A model generated the notes under the pieces. That model was not told the DNA's origin. It saw nothing but the letters and a program-made list of their open reading frames with translations, and made no database searches. This document shows, piece by piece, positions 54,980 through 64,000 of a stretch of 64,000 bases of DNA. Location of the stretch: NCBI GenBank assembly GCA_038087875.1, contig CM075989.1, forward strand, positions 22,074,001 to 22,138,000. The letters run 5' to 3'. The DNA is from Malacoraja senta (lineage: Eukaryota). Every line of letters begins with the position of its first letter. The stretch's first letter is position 1. Made by a program: the position numbers and the translations under genes.

Positions 54980-55370
54980 GGGCCTGAGCTACAGAGAGAG
55001 GTTGATCAGGCAAGGACTTCATTCCTTGGCGTGCAGGAGGATGAGGGGTGATCTATTAGAGGTGTATAAGATCATGAGGGGGTAGATAGGGTAAATGCAC
55101 GGAGTAAGATAATCTGGGACCAGAGGACATAGGTTTAAGGTGAGGGGGTAAAGATTTAATAAGAACCTTGGGGGCAACTTTTATGCACAATGCTTCTTGG
55201 GTGTACGGAGCGAGCTGCCAATGGAAATAGTTGAGATTGGTACTGTCACACTATTTAAAAAAAACATTTAGACAGGTACAAGGCAAGCAAGACTATTATA
55301 GATAAGACATGTTGGTTGGTGTGGGCAAGTTGGGCTGAAAGGCCTGTTTCTGTGCTGTATGACTCTATGG
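54980..55370 (+). mobile_element. Degenerate CR1 3' fragment
   Basis: Similar to the CR1 ORF2 end; tail gggctgaaaggcctgtttctgtgctgtatgactct. Flanked by Penelope-like arms at about 54870-54950 and 55395-55495. Confidence 0.8.
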
Positions 55371-55639
55371 TGTTTTGACTCTAAACATTGTGAGAAGCGT
55401 CTTGACCCGAAACGTCACCCATTCCTTCTCTCCAGAGATGCTGCTTTTTGTGTCTATATTCAGTTTAAACCAGCATCTGCAGTTCCTTCTTACACACTGT
55501 GAGATGCATGGAGGTTTGGAAGGAGATTATTTATTGTGTTTATGGGTTCCAACAAAGACGAAAACTCCAATCTGCTCTGCTTGTGGTCACTCAGAAGACC
55601 CTCACTCAATAAAAACATATCTGGATTGGATTAAGATTT

Positions 55640-55972
55640 GGGAGATACACCATGGAAACAGGTCGTTCAGCCCAACTGAGTCCAAGCTAAACCATTGATC
55701 ACCCATTCACACTAGTTCCACGTTATCCCACTTTTGCATCCACTCCCTACACATTAGGGGCAATTTACAGATGTCAATTACCAAAAGGTCAATTAACCTA
55801 CAAACCTGCACATCTTTAGGATGTGGGAGGAGACCGCAGCATCCAGAGGCAAACCCAAGCGGTCACAGGGAGAACATGCAAATTTCACACAGACAGAACT
55901 CAAAGTCAGGATCAAACCCAAGTCTCTGGGACTGTGAGGCCGCAGCTCTCCAGCTGCACCACTCTGCCACCC
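55640..55972 (-). mobile_element. HE1-type SINE, diverged
   Basis: Similar to the other copies. Confidence 0.8.
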
Positions 55973-56166
55973 ACTGCCTAAAGCTCTGACAAAAGGACTT
56001 TGGGTTGACCTATACTCAACTTTTGCGGGTGACGTTCTTTGTAATATTAAACTAATTAATAGTGGAGTATTGTTCATAAGGCTGCACTGTTGTCCTTGTT
56101 CTTCCCATTGAATCTATGTGAATGATGGTAGCACACACACACACTGAGGATGACATTGGCTCTGGA

Positions 56167-56470
56167 GGGCAGCACAGTGGTGCAGCAGTGGCAGAGTTAC
56201 TCTCCCGCAAGAGACCCGGATTCGATTCCGACCAGGGGTGTTGTCTGTACGGAGTTTGTACGTTCTCCCTGTGACCGCGTGGGTTTTCTACGGGAGCTCC
56301 GGTTTTACCCCACATTGCAAAAAAAGTGTGGGTTTGTAGGTTAATTGGTTTCTGTCAATTGTCCCTAGACTGTGGGATAGAACTAGTGTATGGGTGATCG
56401 TGGTCGGTGTGGACTCGCTGGGCCGAAGGGCCTGTTTCGGCCTTGTATCTATAGACTCTAAACTAAACCA
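56167..56470 (+). mobile_element. HE1-type SINE
   Basis: A and B boxes, core and tail. Confidence 0.88.
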
Positions 56471-56732
56471 AAATCATAGAGCTATTGCCTATAACCCAAC
56501 AACATGGGTTCAGTCCTACTGTTTAATGTGTGGGAAGGAACTGCAGTTGTTGGTTTACATTGAAGATAGACACAAACTCCTAGAGTAACTAAGCAGGACA
56601 AGCAACATCTCTGGATAGAAGGAATGGGTGACTCCATTACTTGGGTCTGTCTACTATTTACTGTTGTCTGTTAGCAGATTCTCTCTGTGACTGTGTATGA
56701 GTTCTAGGTTAAACTAAGATAAAACATATGGC

Positions 56733-56917
56733 GTTTAAGAAGGAACTGCAGATGCTGGAAAATCGAAGGTAGACAAAAGTGCTGGAGAAACTCAGCGGGT
56801 GCAGCAGCATCTATGGAGCGAAGGAAATAGGCAACGTTTCGGCCTGAGAAGTTGCCTATTTCCTTCGCTCCATAGATGCTGCTGCACCCGCTGAGTTATC
56901 CAGCACTTTTGTCTACC
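56733..56917. mobile_element. Young palindromic Penelope-like insertion (subfamily B) with 14-bp TSD
   Basis: Near-perfect arms; ataaaacatatggc at 56719-56732 and 56918-56931. Confidence 0.9.
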
Positions 56918-57542
56918 ATAAAACATATGGCAATGTGTAAGACTGAATAGGTGCAGCATGACATTTTTTGGCAGCTTTGAGGAAGATCCTATAAAAGAGA
57001 GAAACATTTCCATGACTTTGTCATTATTTGAGCATCATTGCTTTAAATGGAGGAGGCCTGTTACATTTCAACCTGCTGCTTCATTATCAATCTGCCCACA
57101 TCAGAAATCTGAAAATGCAGAGATCATGATTATCCATGAGGGAAAAGTGGAAATAAACTTCAACCTCAGCTTCCGGACAATAAACCGCTCGGATTACACC
57201 TTCTTCTCAATTAGCAGCTTTCATGCAAATCCAGACAGGGTCAACCATTTCCCCCGTGACACTGACTACCTGCCTTGACTGTTGAATGCATGCCGATGCT
57301 GGGTTTAGATATAATGCTGCCTTCGTGCCTGGACGCTATGACTCACAACACATTACGTCTGTGTGCCAGCCAAATATGATACGAACTGCTGATGAGGGTC
57401 TGAGGTTAACATTGTAGTATTCAGTCATTCCTTTTAGCTTTCAATTAAACTGATGATCAAATATGTTTTTTTTTATTAAAAGGACACCTATCTATTTCGT
57501 TTCAAGGCCTTTTTTTTCAAAACTATTGTTTTGAAAAATAAA

Positions 57543-58203
57543 TGTGTCGGAAGGAACGGCAGATGTCGGTTCACACCGAAGATAGACACAAAACGCTGGA
57601 GTAACTTCGCAGGACAGGCAGCATCTCTGGATCTTCTTCAGACTGAAGAAGGGTCTAGACCTGAAATGTCACCCATTCCTTCTATCCGGAGTGTGGCCTG
57701 GTGGCGCAGCGGTAGAGCTGCTGCCTTACAGCGCTTGCAGCCTGCGCCAGGGTACGATCCTGACTACAGGTGCTGTGTGTACAGAGTTTGTACGTTCTCT
57801 CCGTGACCGCGTGGGTTTTCTCCGAGATCTTCGGTTTCCTCCCACACTCCAAAGACGTACAGGTTTGTAGGTTAATTGGCTCTGTGCAAATTGTCCCTAG
57901 TGCGTGTAGGATGGTGTTAATGTGTGGGGATCGTTGGTCGGCGCGGACTCAGTGGATCGAAGGGCCCGTTTCTGTGCTGTATCTCTAAACTAAACTAATA
58001 TATTTCTAATTTACATAAATAACCAAAGTCCGCCTATTGAGACATTCATGTTCGTAAAGCATGGTGAAATCATCTCTCACAGTAGGGCCTGTTTCTGTGC
58101 TGCATCTCTCACAGTAGGGCCTCTTTCAGTTTATCTAAACTAAACTAAACTGAAAAGATGTCGCCTGTCCCGCTGAGTCACTCCAACATTTTGTGTCTAT
58201 CTT
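57543..58203. mobile_element. Penelope-like palindrome split by a later SINE insertion
   Basis: The right arm stops at about 57690 and resumes at about 58156 (agatgtcgcctgtcccgctgag). Confidence 0.75.
57695..57998 (+). mobile_element. HE1-type SINE
   Basis: A and B boxes, core and tail. Confidence 0.9.
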
Positions 58204-58817
58204 CATTTTATAAACGAAACTTTTTTTGAAAAAAATCATTTATTTTTGACATTCTGCAACATTCCTAAATGGTAGAAGCAAGACAGCTGATCTGTGAACC
58301 ACACACTATCAATCCACAGAAAGAAACTAATTTTTCAATTATCCAGCAGCAGTGTTACTCTACCCCGCTGTGAGATAAGACAGGGTTAGCAATTTTCAGT
58401 TTAATGATGGGATACCATTATTAAAGCAAAGTTCCCAATGAAGTGTTGTTTATTTTTAAAGCATTCATGATGATAATTATACCTATTACAATCTGTAAAG
58501 TTATAATGTGTGCAGAACATCACCGAGCTGCACCATTTCATGATATTACTTAAAGCAGGTACGGTTAATTCACACAGAAAAAAAACCCACAAAAGAAAAA
58601 CAATATTTGAACTCCTTGAAAAGTCCGTTCTAAAAATTTGAAATACTGCCAAACCGACGAACACTACCCAGTAGATTATTGTTTGTATTATCTTGGGCAA
58701 CGATATGATAAAATCTCATAAAACAATTATTTTAGCACAATTACATTCCCTTCATTCCTTCAACCTGAGTAGAAGCAAACATATATGCGATGGAGGTAGC
58801 TAGTTTTGATTTTATGT

Positions 58818-59050
58818 AAAGGAAGGAACTGCGGATGCTGGTTCACACCGAAGATGGACACAAAATGCTGGAGTAACTCAGCGGGACAGGCAGCATCTCT
58901 GGAGCGAAGGAATGGGTGACATTTCAGGTCAAGACCCTTCTTCAGATCTGAAGGTCTGAAGAAGGGTCTCGACCCAAAACGTTACCCATTCCTTCCATCC
59001 AGAGATGCTGCCTGTCCCGCTGAGTTACTCCAGCATTTTGTGTCCATCTT
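58818..59050. mobile_element. Palindromic Penelope-like insertion (subfamily A)
   Basis: Inverted arms of about 95 bp meeting at 58945-58955; imperfect flanking duplication tttg(a/c)ttttatgt. Confidence 0.88.
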
Positions 59051-59644
59051 TGCTTTTATGTGTCCCATAATAAATTGGATCAAATCAACAAGGCTGATTT
59101 ATCAATATAGATTACAAATCATTGGATCTTAACCAATTAATTGATCATTGGAGAATGACAACTTGTTTGCAATTTATACAAATCGCACATGGAGTCTTGA
59201 TTTTCTTCCAATGTGTCATTTTAGGCTGGAGGGTTTTGTGGACCTTAACATTGAACAAGGTCAGAGGTTACTTTCATATTTGACACGTACATTTCCGACA
59301 TACAGTCACAGGGCACTACACTTTCAATTTAATTGCCGCCACTATTGTATGACATGGATATGGTATTATTCCAGATTGAGGTCACTTCCAGACAATAATA
59401 CAAAACAATTGTTCTTATCATATCATGGTTTAATTCCATGAAGCTCTCAGATGTAACTAACTGCACCACCGTGGTGCTGAAACTTGTTGAAACTGGTGTT
59501 AAAATAGTTTGTGGCTGGTTTTAGCTTTGAGTCAAGAGTTTCAGTCAAGAGTTAATGAACCACATTCGAACTTCCGCAAAGTGTGGTACAGCAACGATGT
59601 TTACTTGAAACAATCGTTGAGTAAATATATTTTATGCTTCCACA

Positions 59645-59953
59645 GGGTAACACGGTGGCGCAGCGGAAGAGTTGCTGCCTCACAGCGCCAGAGACCCGGG
59701 TTCGATCCTGGCCATGGGTGCTGTCTGTACAGAGTTTGCACGGTCTCCCAGAGGACCTGCGTGGGTTTTCACCGAGAACTTTAGTTTCCTCCCACACTAC
59801 AAAGATGTGCAGGTTTGTAGGTTAATTGGCTTGGCATAATTGTAAATTGGCCCTGGTGTTGTGTGTTGCATAGTGTTAGTGTGCAGGGATCACTGGTCAG
59901 CACGAACCCGGTGGGCCGAAGTGCCTGTTTCCGCGCTGCATCTCTAAACTAAA
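59645..59953 (+). mobile_element. HE1-type SINE
   Basis: A and B boxes, core and tail. Confidence 0.9.
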
Positions 59954-60459
59954 CAGAAATAAAACATTTAATTTACTTACAATGTATAATTTCTCATTTC
60001 AGTTTTATTGGCCACTGGGTAGATCTCATCACATTGGGATGATTGACTGTTTTGTGCGTTCCATTCATGAGCTTTGACAAGTCATGATTTCGGGATCTAT
60101 TTATCTAAAATAAAATCGGAGAATATCAGCTCTTCATGCACGAGGATATTGGGGTAGAAAGTGAATGCAGTCACCCCACGGAATTAGCAGCGTTCTTTTT
60201 AAAATAAATTGTTGCATTTGTTAATTCTCTGATCTTTGACGCATCAATAATTAAATACATGGATCATACAGATCCTCGTTCTTCACACTGAGAGTTACTA
60301 CTCCAACAAAAGGTCAGGAAAATCAAAATAAATATACACATGCACCCAAAAGTAAGTATGGCATTGCAATGGTCATGTTTTGAGTTTTAGTTTGTTATTG
60401 CCACATGTACCGAGGTACAGAGAAAAGTGTTTGTTTGCTTGCTTTCTAGTCAAAGAAAA

Positions 60460-60778
60460 GGGCGGTGGGATGGTGCAGTGGTAGAGCTAATACCATGCAG
60501 TGTCAGAGACCCAGGTTCCATCCTGACTACGGGTGCTGTCTGTACGGAGTTTGTACGTTCTCCCCGTAACCTGCGTGGGTTTTCTCCAAGATCTTTGTTT
60601 TTCTCCCTCACTCCAAAGACGTACAGGTTTAAAAGGTTAATTGGCTTAATAGAAATGTATAAAATTGTCCCGAGTGTGCGTAGAATAGTGTTAATGTGCG
60701 GGGATCGCTGGTCGGCAGGGACTTGGTGGGCCAAAGGAACTGTTTCCGCACTGTATCTCTAAACTAAACTAAACTAAA
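60460..60778 (+). mobile_element. HE1-type SINE
   Basis: A and B boxes, core and tail. Confidence 0.9.
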
Positions 60779-61034
60779 TTATACATGAAATGTTATTGAA
60801 TTAGAATTCAGAGATAGCGATTCAAATCAACTTATTGAGGCTGAAGAATTGAAATATTGTAAACTGAAACTAAATATGTGCATGTAGTAATGAATAAGGA
60901 ATTATTGAATTATTCTGAAAACCTGCCAGGTTCATTAATGTTATTTAGGAAACGAAATCCTGTATTTCTACCTTGATTGGTTAAAATATGATTCCAAACT
61001 CAAAGTTGACTCTTAATCAACATCCAAAATATTG

Positions 61035-61450
61035 GGTAAGAAGGAACTGCAGGTGTTGGTTAACACCAAAGACACAAAATGCTGGAGTAACTCAGCAGGT
61101 CCGGCAGCATCTCTGGAGAAAAGGAATAGAGGACATTTCGGGTCGAGACCATCTTCAGACTGAGAGTCAGGGGAAAGAGAAATGATAGATATAGAACAAA
61201 TGAATGAATGATATGCAAAAAGTAACAATGATCAAGGAAAAGTAGAGCCCACAATGCTCCATTGTTGGCTGTGAGGTAGGTAAACTGACCCTTCATCAGA
61301 CTGAAAGTTATTGAGGCGGAATTAAAGGTAAACATGAGGTATTTAAATTATTTACAGTGTAAAAAAATAAATACCTGTAATTTCCCCCTCCTTGACCCTC
61401 AGTCTGATGAAAGGTTTCGACCCAAAATGTCACCTATTCCATTTCTCCAT
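61035..61450 (-). mobile_element. Penelope-like 3' fragment with inverted arm
   Basis: Similar to 63015-63300; the inverted arm has CTGATGA at 61404-61410. Confidence 0.75.
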
Positions 61451-61689
61451 GGGGATGGGTGATAAATGCTGGCCCCACTAGTGACATGTCAATCCATGAA
61501 GAAGTACAATGATTGCACTGTTTAAAGAACTCTTTGACAATGTATTCTGCAGTCACGTTTTGCAAGTTTCCAAAGAAGCTTTGCCACTCCAATGTCTAAA
61601 CCTAAGAACTACTAATACTGTGAAAGGATTTTAATTCGGTGTCATCCTTAGTTCATTTCCGAGGCTTAGATTCAAGAGGCTGACAGCTC

Positions 61690-62140
61690 TGTTGGCTTGA
61701 GACCATGATCTAGGCTGACACTTCACATAATGTGTAGATTCTGGTTTACATCGAAGATAGACACAAGATGCTGGAGTAACTCAGCAGGGCAGGCAGCATC
61801 AAGGTATGGGTGTTGTTTCGGGTCGAAACTATGGAATCTATGGGGTTTGTGTCTGATTATGGGTTATGAGAATGAAGAAGGGTCCCAACCCGAAACATCA
61901 CCCATTCCTTCCCTCCAGAGATGCTGCCTGTCCCGCTGAGTTACTCCAGCATTTTGTGTCTAACTTCAGTGTAATACTGAGGGACAGCAGCACTGCCAGA
62001 GAACCTGTTATTGAATGCAATAGATCCCATGGTGCTATTTAATAAAGAGAGTGGTGTGTTCTCTACGACCATAATTAATCTCTTAATCAACATTGGCAGA
62101 ATAGATGATTCTGGTCATTAACCTGATTGCTATTTGTTGA
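61690..62140 (+). mobile_element. Ancient Deu-domain SINE (SacSINE1/AmnSINE1-like) split by a Penelope-like palindrome (about 61735-61963)
   Basis: tctaggctgacacttca|gtgtaatactgaggga...agatcccatggtgctattt...ctggtcatta resembles the recalled Deu-domain consensus. Confidence 0.6.
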
Positions 62141-62223
62141 TGTGTAGTTAGAAACTGCAGATGCTGGTTTATACAGAAGATAGATACAAAGTGCTGGAGT
62201 AACTCAGCGGATCGAGCAGCATC

Positions 62224-62420
62224 TTAGTTTAGAGATAGAGCGCAGAAACAGGCCTTTCGGCCCGTCGAGTCCTTGCCGACCAGCACACTAACACCATCCT
62301 ACACACACTAGGGACAATTTACAATTATTACCAAAGCCAAACCTGTAAATCCTTGGAGTGTGGGAGGAAATCGTAGCTTCCGGGGAAAACCCACGCGCAG
62401 GTCATGGGGAGAACGTACAG
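62224..62420 (-). mobile_element. HE1-type SINE fragment next to a Penelope-like terminus (62150-62223)
   Basis: Similar to the other copies. Confidence 0.8.
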
Positions 62421-63014
62421 AGAGTTGGTGTTAGATTCACATTTTACACGCTCGATGAAGACTAGGCTCAGCACTCAAATAAAATGTGACCGACCTTGAA
62501 AGTCTGGCTCTATTTACCTCTTCCTTGTTGCTTCGTGATCTGCTCAACTCTTCCTGCAATTGCTATCTTTGTTTCAGCTGCAGTCATGGACAATGCAAAC
62601 TGGAAAGCACGTTTCACTTCTGCACCCACATTTAGTTGTCTACAGGAGAGTCCTGAAGATCGAGGATTGCCAGAGAGCAGTGGTGCATGGAGTGTTATAA
62701 TCGTAAGGGACTCTATTTTACAGAATATAAAATGTGGGCCCCATTTCCTACACTGATGATGGATTTGAAAGTTGAAGCCTCCAAAGGTGCACATATGCAA
62801 GTGTCACCCGCGTACTGCAGCTATGTGATTAAAGATAGCAGTGACCTTTATTAATAATCAAAAGCAAAATGGCTAGAACAATTTCCTGTTTGTCCTGGAA
62901 TTGTGAAACAGCATAGGAGCTGGCGTGTAGAGGTCATGGAAGGCTGTAGTATATAAAAAAAGCCTCTGAGTGATCCATGCTACATGCTTATTGGTGAAGC
63001 AATCTTCACTGGCT

Positions 63015-63510
63015 ATAGATAGACACAAAGTGCTGGAGTAACTCAGCGGGTCAGGCAGCATCTCTGGAGAAAAGGAATAGGTGATGCTACGGGTCGACAC
63101 AATTCTTCAGACTAAGGGGTAAAGGGAAACGATAGGTAGTGATATAGAGATATACAGAACAAAGGAATGAAAGATATGCAAAAAGTAACAATGATCAAGG
63201 AAAGGTGGAGCCCACAATGGTCCATTGTTGGCTCTGGGCTAGGTGATGACGAGTTATCCAGACAGTGAAACTCAACAGGATGACAGTGAAAGTAGTACGA
63301 CAACTAGGATGGGGGAGGGACAGAGAGAGAGAGGGGATGCAAGGGTTACTCGGAGTTAATAAATCATATTCATTTTGCTGGGTTGTAAGCACCGAAGCGA
63401 AAGGTGAGGCGCTGTTCGTTCAATTTGCATTTGGCCTCACTCTGACATTGGAGGGGGCCCAGGACAGAAAGGTCAGTGTGGGAATGGGAAGGGGAGTTAA
63501 AGTGTTTGTC
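63015..63510 (-). mobile_element. Penelope-like element 3' end (GIY-YIG remnant, UTR and terminus)
   Basis: Minus strand reads HFNSPSHSHTDLSVLGPLQCQSEAKCKLNEQRLTFRFG, followed by the UTR and terminal repeat. Confidence 0.8.
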
Positions 63511-63826
63511 AATTACAAAATGGCTGATTTGTTAACGTGCTGAGAAGACATGAAACACAATCATTTATTTTCTAAAAGCTTGTAACATTCACACATTATC
63601 TCTAATCAAAAACTGAGGCTTGAATAATACGTGTTTAAAAACCTGCTGTTGGTAGCAGCTTAACATCTCCTGCAGTGGAATATTATTGATCTGTTATTTT
63701 GCAAAAGTGTTTTGCCTGCCCTGTCACTTTCCCCAACAGGGCACTGATAACTTTACAGAACCGATCACACTGTAGGAGTCCCAGTGTTATTGTGTTGGTT
63801 ATTGTAAACGATCTATAAAGTGCTTT

Positions 63827-63973
63827 AGATAGACACAAAGTGCTTGAGTAACTCAGCGGATTAAGCAGCATCTATCTGGAGACAAAAAGGATAGGTGAAT
63901 TTTCGAGTCGGGTCCCTTCTGCAGTCCGACCCAAAACATCACCCATCCTTTTTCTCCAGAGATGCTGCCTGAC
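63827..63973. mobile_element. Penelope-like inverted terminus pair
   Basis: Recurrent motif in both orientations. Confidence 0.7.
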
Positions 63974-64000
63974 AGCAGCAGAGACTCAGGTTTGATCCTG

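Overview
Eukaryotic genomic DNA from a vertebrate, most likely a cartilaginous fish such as a skate or ray (inferred from the HE1-type SINE, CR1 and Penelope repeat content). The window holds one protein-coding gene on the + strand: the orphan nuclear receptor NR2F2 (COUP-TFII), with three coding exons (5597-6008, 6808-7335, 8835-9109; 404 aa). Its promoter has a DR1 element next to a TATA box. An apparent upstream alternative first exon (430-481) would give an isoform without the DNA-binding domain. After a 200-N gap (14175-14374) comes a gene desert in which transposon-poor blocks (candidate conserved enhancers) alternate with dense repeats: tRNA-derived SINEs, CR1 and Rex1/Babar LINE ends, one young CR1 RT ORF and a MITE. 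There are also more than 25 Penelope-like terminal fragments. Many carry a minimal hammerhead-ribozyme motif and are inserted as asymmetric palindromes, several with 14-15 bp target-site duplications. A separate AT-rich foldback of about 650 bp lies at about 31290-31945. Repeat family names and comparisons with human NR2F2 come from recall, not database searches, and repeat boundaries are approximate.
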